From Octopus vulgaris (taxonomy: Eukaryota), in assembly GCA_951406725.2 (NCBI GenBank), contig OX597816.1:148738001-148802000 (forward strand): DNA of 64,000 nt, written 5' to 3'. Position 1 is the stretch's first letter, and each line of letters starts with the position of its first letter. Below are positions 14,648-26,729 of the stretch, piece after piece. A program made the position numbers and the translations under genes. The notes beneath the pieces are model-generated. The model did no database searches. It had not been told where the DNA came from and saw only the letters and a program-made list of their open reading frames with translations.

Positions 14648-15117
14648 ATAAGGATGAAAGGCAAAGTCGACCTCGGCGGAATTTGAACTCAGAACGTAGC
14701 GGCAGACGAAATACCTATTTCGTTACTACCCACAAGGGGCTAAACACAGGGGGGGAAACAAGGACAAACAAACGGGTTAAGTCGATTGCATCGACCTCAG
14801 TGCGTAACTGGTACCTATTTAATCGATCCCGAAGGATGAAAGGCAAAGTCGACCTCGCGGAATTTGAACTCAGAACGTACGGCAGACGAAATACCTATTT
14901 CTTTATTACCCACAAGGGGCTAAACACAGAGGGGACAAACAAGGACAGACATAGGTATTAAGTTGATTACATCGACCCCAGTGCGTAACTGGTACTTAAT
15001 TTATCGACCCCGACAGGATGAAAGGCAAAGTCGACCTCGGCGGAATTTGAACTCAGAACATAACGACAGACGAAATACCGTTAAGCATTTCGCTCGGTGT
15101 GCTAACGTTTCTGCCAG
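14648..15117 (-). mobile_element. SINE family A, head-to-tail trimer
   Basis: AGGATGAAAGGCAAAGTCGACCTC..GGAATTTGAACTCAGAAC recurs three times about 180 bp apart; only the last unit carries the 5' head. Confidence 0.9.
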
Positions 15118-16045
15118 GGAAAGCTTTCTAATGCTACAACATGTAAAAAGTGTCTGTAAAAGTGTTTTTCAGCTTGAAACAGAATTTCACACAAACACTT
15201 AGATTTTCTTAATGATTTCCTGTTCAACTAGCCACAAATACCCATGTGAATTAAGCATATGTAGCATATGTTGGTTGGCGACTGTGTGACATGGCATGAC
15301 GTTGCATGATGTGATTATTATTACACTGAATCTCAATGCCATCCATCTAGAACAGTGTAATCGTGAGCACGGAATGCTGGTTCATTGGTGCACTCTTTTG
15401 TAACAGGTCTCATAAATTAACTAACGTAGACCTAGATACACTTTGTCACATACTACGACGAAATGATCGGGGCTGAAGCGCTATTAATTATGAATCTGTT
15501 CGATAAAAGTTAATGTTGGACTAAAAAAACAACAATCTATATTTCCCATACGGTAACAAACCTTTATAGCACCTATAACTATGATCTGGCGAATAAGTGA
15601 TTAAATCAACAATAAATAAACGCAATTTGAAAATTAAAATTAAGAATCGAGAAAACAAAAGTAATCGATAGACGAAGAAGATTAAAATATACGATGAAAT
15701 AGAAATCTTTTTTCAAATAAGGCTTGGTGAATTTGATCTAAATGAGGCTTGGAATATTTTCCCACAAAACTATCTTCTTTCTATAACAATTAGTGGCAAA
15801 CAATTGCATATATACATATGAAGGAAATACGACCGTATGTGGAGGTTGGCGACGTAGGTAAGTCACACGGTCGCATCCCTAACGAAATAAGATAAGCCAT
15901 AAATACAATTTATACAATGCAGTACCAACAGAATATAGATGAATTGACGACAAGCCGTTCCACTGTTTGAGAGAGGATAAAATTTTATTTACAATGCTGT
16001 TAATGTTAGAAGGTTGTGAGTGCTAGTGCTAGCAAGTGTGTGAGT

Positions 16046-16162
16046 GTGTGTGCATGCAACACGTGTTTGTGTCTGTGTGTTCGTGTGTGCATGCAACACG
16101 TGTTTGTGTCTGTGTGTTCGTGTGTGCATGCAACACGTGTTTGTGTCTGTGTGTTCGTGTGT
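16046..16162. repeat. 37-bp minisatellite, about 3 copies
   Basis: ATGCAAC at 16054, 16091 and 16128; unit GTGTGTGCATGCAACACGTGTTTGTGTCTGTGTGTTC. Confidence 0.9.
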
Positions 16163-16769
16163 GTGACAGATACAATAAGGGTGAATGCGTGTGGCATAGA
16201 AGGTACAGAGCATAGAGTTAATGATGGAAATTGGTTTACTGTTCGTAAGGTACACGATGTGTAAGAGTTCAATATCAAGATGTGTCTCGATGTCTGAAGT
16301 GGACGATGGTGATGGCGACTTGAAGTTGGTACAATGATGGTGACGACGGCGGCGGAGATAGAAGGCTTTCTGTGATGAGTGTACATTAGCGTCGTCGTGG
16401 GTGATCGTCTGTCGCTGTGACTGGAACATGTTGAGTAGCTCTGTGGTCAGAGGTTTAGTTGAGTCACTTGGTGTGCTTATTTTTCTCTTGATATAGATAT
16501 TCTTTCAGATATATATACTGCAACTGTTTTTCCGTGGTGAGATTTTCACACTAACAGCATGAGTTGAATCTTTAGTTATCTTGTGTACAAGTTAAATTTT
16601 CGTAGATAGAGACGATGTTGGTGATGACGTTATGTCTGTCGCTTGGTTTACTATAGCGTCTTTATATTATGTTTTGCTTGGTTGTCGTCTGCCTTTCGAA
16701 CTGGAACATGGTTGAGTATGCTCTGTGTGGTCTCCGACTAAGACCTTAAAAGTTCTTAAGCCAAAAGAC

Positions 16770-16910
16770 AGTGAATCGTGATATATCAGCCTATTTAAAG
16801 AGTTAAGATGACTCAAATGAAAAGTCCTATCCGAAAGCCGTGATTGGTCAGTTTACACACTGGCGCGAAGTAAGTAGAGAGACAGACCGCGCTTAGATGC
16901 TAACCAATCA
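16770..16910 (-). promoter_or_regulatory. Candidate Pol II core promoter facing lower coordinates
   Basis: Minus-strand TTTAAATA (16799-16792) 27 nt before an Inr-like TTCACT (+1 near 16772); TGACTCA 16809-16815; CCAAT at 16843-16847 (minus) and 16904-16908 (plus); E2F-like TTCGCGCC at ~16862-16869; TE-free context. Confidence 0.4.
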
Positions 16911-17826
16911 AAATAGTGGACACAACAACGTTAAACTAGCCAAAGACGTTTGTAATCTCAAACGAGATCATTCTTAATATTTTTCTCAAACAGTGAAGAT
17001 AGCAATGAAGAAAACAATATTGCTACACATACAAGCGCGCGCGCGCGTGTGTGTGTGTGTTTGTGTTCACAGGAGAAAAATAGACAGACGGGCAAGCAAG
17101 TTGGCAAATAGAATGCATTTCAACGACGTGTAGCATAGAAAAGTAGAAGAGAATGGGGAGGAAGAGAAACTAGGGAATTATCTCCCTTACTCAATCGTAT
17201 ACATACATTTACTTGTTAATATAATAAAATTAGATGATACTTATGCATTATGCATTCTTCAAGCGCATCGACCTCGCATGTCTGTGCAATGTGTATAATA
17301 ATAGTCGACTGAATTCAAAGAAAAATTCCATTTCAAGGGATAATTCATAATCTGAGCGCAGTTGAGTTGATCAGAGTTGTCTATAGTTGTTAGATAGAAT
17401 TAAATCAGATGAACAACTGTATAAATCACATATAATGACAAGAATTACTTCTTTCGTTCTCAATGCAGAACATCGTAAATCGCTTTTTCCCTTCTATTTC
17501 TTCTTTTTGGATTAACTCCATTTTCTGGCTGCTGAAATCCGAAGTTATACAACGGCTGGCGATTATACTTCTCTATCTGCTTCAGCTGATAAGAAAACAA
17601 CTGGTGTAATTTACACAAGTAAAAGTCTTAGTATAAAATGAGATTCACATCCCATTTATATCAAATACACTTCATTTCAACCACTTGTCGCAAGAGAGTA
17701 GAACTAGGAGTGAATAAGAGATGACAACGGATTATCTCCCTTTAAATGTGCACAGATTATTTCTCAGTATAATAAAATCAGAAGACAACTTTGATTTTAC
17801 TTTCAATGATATATTCTTCCGACAAA

Positions 17827-18223
17827 AGCGGAGAGCTGGCAGTAATGTTAGCACGCCGGGCAAAATGCTTAGCGGTATTTCGTCTGCCGTTACGTTCTGA
17901 GTTCAAATTCCGCCGAGGTTGACTTTGCCTTTCATCCTTTTGGGGTCGATAAATTAACTACCAGTGGCTCAGTGGGGTCGATATAATCGACTTAATCCGT
18001 CTGTCTGTCCTTGTTTGTCTCCTCTGTGTTTAGCCCCTTGTGGGTTGTAAAGAAATAGGTATTTCGTCTGTCTTTAAGTTCTGAGTTCAAAATCTGCCGA
18101 GGTCGACTTTGCCTTTCATCCTTTCAGGGTCAATAAATTAAGTACCAGTTGCGTACTGGGGTCGATTTAATCGACTTGCCACCTCCCTCAATATTTCAGG
18201 CCTTGTGCCTAGAGTAGAAAAGG
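17827..18223 (+). mobile_element. SINE family A, dimeric copy
   Basis: GCGGAGAGCTGGCAG..GAGTTCAAATTCCGCCGAGG.. followed by a second GGTATTTCGTCTG..GCCTTTCATCC unit. Confidence 0.9.
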
Positions 18224-18572
18224 ATATATTCTTCCGACTTCTGCATTGCTCCAACACAGATCTGCACATTTACATTAATAGCCATTTCCTAAAATAGATA
18301 TATACAGGACCATTTGGAAACAGCAAGCGTCGCAGATATTAAGAAAAAGGCAGAAAGCCATGTTTTCTTATAAACAGAAATTCATATAGAACAGCCACGA
18401 TCTGCGAGCGAATCTAAAAATCGAGGATTGGACTTCACAGCCATTTCAGAAGGTACTCCTCGTCAGACATTACTTCACATATGCTATGCATAAGCTACAA
18501 GGCTGATGGCTCCACAATTGCAATACACATCATATATACACAAGTGCGTGCGCACATACACACACACACACA

Positions 18573-18638
<66 letters not shown>

Positions 18639-18791
18639 ACTAAATGTACTTAAGAGTGTCAGGACACCTACATTGCAAGAAATAAGAGCTAAAATGTTCT
18701 AATGCTGTAGGAAAAGCACATAATTGTATACACGTATGCTCATACCTTAAGTATAAGGAATTCTTGATCGGTGTTCTGGGCGATTGCAGTT

Positions 18792-18842
<51 letters not shown>

Positions 18843-18843
<1 letters not shown>

Positions 18844-19070
18844 CGTCATCATTGTTGTCGTCGTCGTTTAACTTCCGCTCTCAAGCTGGTATGTGTTGGA
18901 CGGTTCGACTAACGACTGGAGAGCCAGGAAGCTGCACCAGGCTCCAATCTGATCTGTCAAGGTTTCTACAGCTGGATGCTCTTTCTAACGCCAACCACTC
19001 CGAGAGTGTAGTGGGTGCATTTTACGTGCCATCGTCACGGGTACCAGTCTGGCGGCTCTGGCATCGGCCA
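18843..19070 (-). mobile_element. 3' tail of a SINE/LINE ending in (GAC/GAT)n
   Basis: Trinucleotide tail next to (TA)n; GC-richer body; abuts the RTE fragment. Confidence 0.55.
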
Positions 19071-19074
19071 CGAC

Positions 19075-20545
19075 TACCACCCCCGCTACTGACTTGGTCA
19101 CCTAGGTAATGGTTGCTGTCAATTTCTATTTCTTCCTCCTGACATGTGATGGAATCTGTTTTCTGTAGATCTTCGGTGTTTATTGCCCTTGTGCATCTAC
19201 CACACACAAAAATTATCTTCCCAGTTAAACTTTCTTTGATATTGATGCACCTCATACATGTCCATAGCTTATACCAGGTACATCTTATTGAGTTTGTGCC
19301 TACACCTTTTCTTCAGATCGAGCAGGGCCATCTACCTGAATGGATTTGTGATTTGTCTGCCATCCTGCTCACTGCAGAGAAATTTGCTAGATTGACTCTA
19401 AGGCCCTTCAATTCTAGACTTGCTTCCACACCTGAAACTTCTCCAGTTCTAGTGACTCAGGTATTAGAGTAAGGTGATCGGTATAAAGGAGCTCCCAAGG
19501 GCAACCTATCTTGAATTCCTCTGGAGGACTATGATGAATAAGAGGGGGCTGAGGATTGAAGCTTGGTGAACCCTCTACTTCTACCCAGAATTATTCCCTA
19601 TGCTCGTGGCCAACCCTCACCTTACTGACAGCATCCCTGTACATGGCTTGCACAGCTCTCACCAACCACTTATCTATCCCTAGTTTGCGCATTAACCACC
19701 AGATAAGGGATCGGGGGACCCTGCCAAAAGCTTTCTCCATGTCAACGAAAGATAAGTACAGTCGTTTATCTTTGACAAGGAATTTCTCCTGCAGCTGTCT
19801 TACCAAAAATATAGCATCAGTGGTGTTTCTCCTTAGCACAAACCCGAACTGCATCTCGTCTAAACTATTTCTCTCCCTAATTAGTTGAGCTATGACCCTC
19901 TCTGTGACTTTCATCAGCTGATCCAACAATTTGATACCTCTGTAATTATTCCTATCTAATGCGTCACTTTTGTAACAGTTGACTATGGTGCTGATACACT
20001 AGTCATTGGGTGTGATTTCTTCATGCATCACCTGGTTGACTATGTGGGTGACTAGACTATAACCTACACCTCCAGATATTTTAAGCATCTCAGCAGTGAT
20101 TCTTGATGGACTGGGGGCTTTCCCTGTCTTCATACCCTTAATTGCTTTATCTACCACGATACTGTCAATTCGAATAGCTGGACCCTTTGTTGAGTCGACA
20201 TTTCGCAGATTCTCTTTCTCTCATTCATTCTCTTCATTTTGCAACCTTTCATAGTAGCGTCTCTAAGTCTCTTTCTTTGCAGCATCATTAAATGTAAGTG
20301 AGCTATCATCCATGCGGACACATTTCTCTCCTATAACATCACGATTCTTTCTCACAGACTTCAAGTCTCTGGTCCTCAGCACGCAGAACATTGGCAATTT
20401 TTTCTTATCTGCTTCCCCTCTCGGTAAGTAAACCTATCTCCTAGGTTCACTTCTAGCGATCTGATACAGTTCCCTGCTACTACCACACCTCCAGTCCTTC
20501 CTTGCCTGCTTCTTTCCCCTAATTTTCCCCATTGTCCACCACCAT
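19075..20545 (-). mobile_element. RTE-clade LINE reverse transcriptase fragment (pseudogene) with Cys/His-rich insert
   Basis: QFGFVLRRNTTDAIFLVRQLQEK, FVDMEKAFGRVPR, SPLLFIIVL, LPWELLY, then WPCSI..VGTNSIRC..FVCGRC and YLGDQVSSGGG. Confidence 0.9.
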
Positions 20546-20648
20546 TATATATATATAATAGTCATATATATATATATATATATAATAGCCATATATATAT
20601 ATATATATATATATACATTTGTAATTATATGCACACATATATATTAAC

Positions 20649-20726
<78 letters not shown>

Positions 20727-21135
20727 CTTTTAGCTTGTGGTTGTTTCAGTCATTCGATTGTGGCCAGGTACACTATTTTTTTAAACCTAGTATTTATTTT
20801 GTCCGTTTCTTTTAACAATTTCTTTGGGACGTGTCGCATCATGCACATACTGCATATGAATATGGTTATTACGCAAGATATAGCCGTTTTGAAACAGCTG
20901 TCAAGATAAAACTTTAAATAACTTTTCTGCTCTTTCGTTATTTTTTCTTTATTCTGTAAGTTGTATTTTTTGTACTCAAACCTACATGTGTTTATCTACC
21001 TCACTACCTACATAACAGCTCCACGACGATTGTTCTTGCGATGTAGGGGCGCCGGCCCAGGATGAAGAGGTTAGTTTTTAAGTTCCCATCCACTTGAGTA
21101 CTGCTATATGTTGTCTGTACTAAGCTTATTTTCCT

Positions 21136-21174
<39 letters not shown>

Positions 21175-21498
21175 TAAATTAGAGATAAAACCACTATTAG
21201 GCAAATCAAACAGTGAAAAACATATATATTTATATATATATTGAACAGTGGTCAGTGGTAACGGCGAATTAGGGAATATTAAATAACATAGAAATTGAAT
21301 TCTTGATTTATTGGAATTTTCTCCCCTTCCAAAGAGGGAAGACTAAATCCTTGGTGACAATTGGTACCAAATCCAAATGAGAAGGGGAGATTATCTCAAG
21401 AAACATGACAACTTTAAAACTGAAATCTCGTTTAGAGTCAGTCTGATTGTCTAATTGTCTGACATCTTGTTGAGAAAAAGTCTGATTGTTTGAGGATA

Positions 21499-21543
21499 GT
21501 TATGTACAGGTGTTTCTGCATCGATGGGTGTCATCAGCAAAAC
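21499..21543 (-). ncRNA. Minimal type I hammerhead-like motif, degenerate
   Basis: GTTTTG-CTGATGA-CACCCATCGATGCA-GAAAC-ACCT-GTA-CATAAC; 5/6-bp stem I, weak stem II; same layout as 39009-39051. Confidence 0.55.
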
Positions 21544-22066
21544 AAGGCGAACGCACTAACATATATGAATATATAGATATAGATATTGTAATATATGCGC
21601 ATTCACTTCATATATACGTAAGGTAAATTATTCATGCACACAGTCACATATACACGTGTATTATTAAAAACATGCACACATTTGTGTGAAGGACTGTATG
21701 AAAATACAGAACAATCACATACATACATGAACGTAGGAGTATATTTATCCAAGTGTATAAAAGAAAAATATGTGGGTGATGTGAAAAAGGTGAAAAATGT
21801 AATTGAAATAAAATATTGGAAATGTAGGAAAAAAATATAAAATATATACACATATACACATGCCTATATGTACACACAAACAGACACGCAGTTACACACA
21901 CACACATACAGACACATACACACACGTACATACACACACGTACATACACACACATATACGTATATGCCGATATATGTGTGTATTCGTGTTTGTAAATATA
22001 TGTATATACATAAAGGTAGATAAATATGTGTGTGCGCTTGTGTATGTGTGTGTGTGTATGTGTGCG

Positions 22067-22098
<32 letters not shown>

Positions 22099-22369
22099 CA
22101 TACACATAACAGCAAAAGTTAAAATATGTAATTTAACAGGAAATTGTCAATTGTACGTTAACAAATAAATAGGAATTGGAAAGAAATAGGAGAAAAGAAA
22201 ACAATGGATATGAATTAAGAGTAAGGAAAAAGAAACAAAGAAAAGAGAGAGTGGAATAAGAAGAGATAAACGGTAAAAGGAAGAAATAAATAAGGAAAAA
22301 AAAATACACAGAAAAAACAAGATTTAGAGCCAAGTATAAGAGAAATGTGAAAGAAATATATTGTATTGT

Positions 22370-23420
22370 CATATGTATACGGTTGACATTAAAGACTTGG
22401 AAATAGATTGTTTAAAATCTCTCATTTAATCCCTTTCATTGTATTATTGTTTCTGTCAAAACGTTTATATAGAAATAACGAAACCATGAGGGAGGAATGG
22501 GAAAAGATACAGAAGTGGGAGACTACAAAGTAGGTGAACTAGAGAAATGTATTAATGTCGTGGGGTAAATAAACCAATAAATAAATAGAAAGATCGTAGT
22601 TTAAGTCTCTCTCTTATGTTGAGGTGGAAAAAATTTAAAAGAGGAGCGAGTCGAAAGAAAAGCTGATCGATAGAGTGAAAAATTTCAGAATATCTGGATT
22701 GGAAAAGCAAGAAGAATGGGGTAAATGCTATGTTGAAAAATATAACCAGTTGAAACTGAGTACACGGATTAAATAAGAAAGATTAAAGTATAGATGTATA
22801 ACGTACGATTCCTCATTAATATTAATAGGAGATATATACAATTTTATTATCATTTAGACTAAAGGTGGTAAAAGTTAACGTGGACAGTAGAGATATGTAT
22901 AAAGTTTTGTGAGAGATTTCAGCGTTATATCCAAATATGAATACAATAGAAATCAAATGCAAAAATATATACAAAAATATCGTGTAACTGTTGGTGACAA
23001 GACAAAGTATAATATTAGTCATCCAATATGTAATTCCAGGTTTCTTAAGAGGTATTGTTTTCTATTACGGACAAAAAGAAACTAATTCCAACTTCCAATT
23101 TGATAAATGAGGTGACTCTATCAGTATATTGTATTTTACCAATAATCAGAGGAGACATTTAAAAAACGTTGATGAATGGTGTAGTTTCCATATTGAGCTT
23201 ATCAATACTTCTGTCTGTTATTCGAAACATATTGGGAAAGGGAGCTAATATTATCCTATCTTGATAGGTTTTACGACTATGTCCACTTTTAAATTTATTT
23301 GCAATCAACCTCATGCAGTTTTGCAACACTGTACATACACACATACACACAGGCATACAGTTCTTGCTCAATTCATTAATCTCATTTCTTGACCGGTTCA
23401 TTTGAATTTGTGGTTTACGA
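22370..23420 (-). mobile_element. Possible highly degraded Penelope-like relic
   Basis: Strong strand asymmetry and faint RT/endonuclease-tail-like translations only. Confidence 0.2.
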
Positions 23421-23949
23421 AGCATTTGTTTTTGTTTTTATTTTAACCATGATATTCTAATGAAATGATTATAGCATCATCAATGAGAGGAAAATATTCA
23501 GTGTAAACAATTTATATATGAATTAGAAGCAGCTCGCCTGATATAAATAATATCGAACACATATATACAAGGTATGTGTTTGCTAGTTTGCGGGTAAGCT
23601 GCACTTTTAGGGGTAAGAGAATATATTCTCATCAATGCACCTGGTGTTAAAACATCTGGAAATCAGTCATAGGCAAGCGAGATAACTCGCATCGGTTCCT
23701 ATTCAGGGGCAATGGACATCGACGCTTCATTTTTATAATTTATCAACACCGGCTACCCTAACAAGAGGAATGAGGATTAGTATGTAATAAGGATTAGTTC
23801 AGTAAACCACTTCATTCATATATCTGAGGAGTTGATATTTTCCAGTGTTCCTGAAATAATATTGATATGGTATATTATTTCATATGTTATATAACAAAAT
23901 TTCAGCAATAATTCTTCTGATAAATCGTCGAGGAAACAATTGTTGTATG

Positions 23950-24105
23950 ATGCAAGCTGGTAGAATCGTTACAGCGCCAGACAAAACGCTTAGCTGCATT
24001 TCTTCAGACTTTACATTCTGAGTTCAAATGCCACTGGGATCAACTTTACCTTTCATCCTTCCGGGGTTGATAAAATAAGCACCAGCTAAACACTGTGTTC
24101 GATGA
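23950..24105 (+). mobile_element. SINE family A, diverged partial
   Basis: AGCTGGTAGAATCGTTA..TTCTGAGTTCAAATGCC..CTTTCATCCTTCCGGGGTTGATAAA. Confidence 0.75.
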
Positions 24106-24371
24106 TCTTGAGCAAAGATTTCAAATAAATATTTATATAAACTTTACAGATTTTCAGATGTATCTTCAATAAAACGATCAATTTCCATTATAAAATCTAT
24201 GATAACCGATACCCGTGGAGTGGCTATCTAGAAGCAAACTAGAGAGTTAATACCCAAATCGAATTGATATATGTGAAATATACGAGTATGTATGTGTGTA
24301 TGTGTGTGTGTGTGTGTGTATATATATATGAATGAAACAGTTCTAGTCCTGTAGAAGCTCCTTCTATAAAA

Positions 24372-24428
<57 letters not shown>

Positions 24429-24457
24429 CGTTCTTTTACATACCAACTCTCTCACCC

Positions 24458-24560
<103 letters not shown>

Positions 24561-25371
24561 TATATATATATGTATTTATGTGTATATGTATGAATGTGTC
24601 TGTATGTGTGTGTATTTGCATACTCTACATAACATTTTGAGTACTCTTTTTCTTACATATATGTGTCTGATTATTCTAGATATTGGCTTGCAACAGTCAA
24701 CCAATGAATCAATTGAAAGATAAAGCTAAGTGAAGCTGTTAAAGCCACCAGTACTATTCTATGTCGAATAATCAACTATTGAATAAGTCATACAGAAAGA
24801 TATAGTAAAATCTAGATTAGTTTTGTTTACTTCGCACTAACATTTATAAAGATTCAAGTATTTTCATCAGCTCTATAAATCGTCTACAATTTAGTTAGAC
24901 AAGAATTATTGATTGTCTTATCTCCAATAAAGATTTTTGTGGTTTAGAAATAATATTTATCTCATGATGGAAATAAGAACGTTTTTCCAGACCTGATATG
25001 AACTCCCTCTGAAATAAGATTTTAATAATGCATCAGTTACATCTGGCATTCGTTATATTGGGCTGAAGGTTGTGTGTTATTCAGGGAAGGAAGTATGGCA
25101 CACATGTCCTTTAGAATACCCTCCGATATTGGTGGAGTTTATAGAAGAACAAATCATGACTCATACTACAATAAGACGGAAGGTATCGAAATATCCCCAA
25201 ACGGAGAACAGATCTTCTGCTAGCAACAGAGTATATTTCACTAACGGCACTCAACGACCTGGTGGTGAACTTAAACAGGATTTGGATTGAGTCTACCACC
25301 AACGAACAAATTCATCTGACGAGGTTCTGCACAATTTCTATCAACCTAATTTCACTCACAAGGGACAACAA

Positions 25372-25577
25372 GCTCGCAGAATCGTGAGCAGACCGAACAA
25401 AATACTAAGTGGCATTTCGTCCGTCTTTATGTTCTGTGTTCAAAAGCTGCCGAGGTCAACTTTGCCTTTCATCCTTTCGGGGTCGACAAATTAATTACCA
25501 GTTGAGCATCGCTGTCGATGTAATCGGCTTACTCCTTCCCCCGAAATTGCTGGCCGTGTACCAAAATTTGAAACCAA
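25372..25577 (+). mobile_element. SINE family A, diverged
   Basis: GCCGAGGTCAACTTTGCCTTTCATCCTTTCGGGGTCGAC core. Confidence 0.75.
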
Positions 25578-25936
25578 TATATTTCACTCACAAGGCTTGG
25601 GTCGACGCAAAATTATGGTGGAAGATCTTTACCCAATCACTAAGTGGGTTATTGTAAATAGAATTTCTTAACTATAAGGCCATACCCGTTCTCTTAGTAG
25701 ACTAACATATCCCAAATATTTGGAATTAGTTCACATATCATTTTAACCCTCTGTCTTTCTTCTTTTACCCTTATCGCCTCATAAATTTTCTTTGAGATAG
25801 TTGTTTTATTGTCTCACTTAGTAATTCAACTTTTATATGCAATTTGGATGAGAATCCTTTTGATTTTTAGATTCAATTTTCTTCTGAAACTTATTCTTAT
25901 AATATGCTATATCTGACAAATAAAATTTACATATAT

Positions 25937-26346
25937 ATATCCAGAGGTAATGCAGTACGATCGTTTTAAGCAACTCCATTTAACTGAATAATGCAATCAT
26001 TACATCAATTTAAGTGCAGAGCAATCCTCAGCTGCATAAAGACATAGAATTAAATTAAATTAAAACAGATGGACACATTAGTATAATTTTACCAAAAACC
26101 TCCAAGAAGGTAAGGAGATAGACAAAGAATAGCTTCTAAGCTGAAGTGAAGACAGCATGTTCTTTGTCTATCTCCTTACCTTCTTGGAGGTTTTAGGTAA
26201 AATTATACTGATGTGTCCATCTGTTTTAATTTAATTTAATTCTATGTATTCTATGTAATTGCTCTGCATTTAAATTGATGTAATGATTGCATTGTTCAAC
26301 TAAATGGAGTTGCTTGAAACGATCGTACTACATTACCTCTGGATAT
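25937..26346. mobile_element. Foldback of two inverted Penelope-like pLTR copies carrying hammerhead remnants
   Basis: Arms of ~190 bp (ATATCCAGAGGTAATG..GACAAAGAA / TTCTTTGTC..CATTACCTCTGGATAT), ~26-bp spacer; homologous to 12503-12690. Confidence 0.85.
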
Positions 26347-26349
26347 TTG

Positions 26350-26711
26350 TTTACGTGGAGCCACACAATCTTATATAGACCCTAAGGGGGCATATGGACC
26401 CCGGTTTAGAACCAGTATGTTAAATTATTGGTTTTACTGTATTTGTTACTACCAATTTATACTATTTTTCTGCTGCTGCAACTATTTCTATCACTACTAC
26501 TTCTACTGCTACTACTACTACTGCCACTACTACTGCTGCTACTTCTATTATTGTTGGTACTACTACCACTCCCAATTCCCAATTCCAGGCTTGTGTCAAC
26601 AATTTTTCCTATTGTCTCTGTTCTGTGATCATGGACTTATAGATTTTCTTCTTTGAAGTCGTCAAGTCTTGATTCTGCTGTACTCTAAAACGCCAAAGAA
26701 AGACCCCACTC
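26350..26711 (+). repeat. Segmental duplicate of 48402-48763 (hAT MITE end plus flank plus (CTA)n)
   Basis: Collinear from TTACGTGG..GAACCAGT|..GTTAAATTATTG through GAAGTCGTCAAGTCTTGA..CCCCACTC. Confidence 0.9.
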
Positions 26712-26729
26712 TATGTATATTTCCTATTT

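Noticed and set aside
14174-14686. 170-aa ORF with poly-Asn/Asp
   Set aside because: Chimeric read-through of PLE remnant, (AAT)n and SINE sequence.
15989-16429. 146-aa ORF as an established protein-coding gene
   Set aside because: No recognisable domain and its C-terminal third is minisatellite; kept only as part of the smORF hypothesis.
18435-18472. CTGACGA..GAAA on minus as hammerhead
   Set aside because: Triplet would be GUG (not NUH) and stem I does not pair.
21004-21080. GC-rich GGGCCGGCGCCCC segment as HDV-like ribozyme
   Set aside because: Could not build the nested double pseudoknot by eye.
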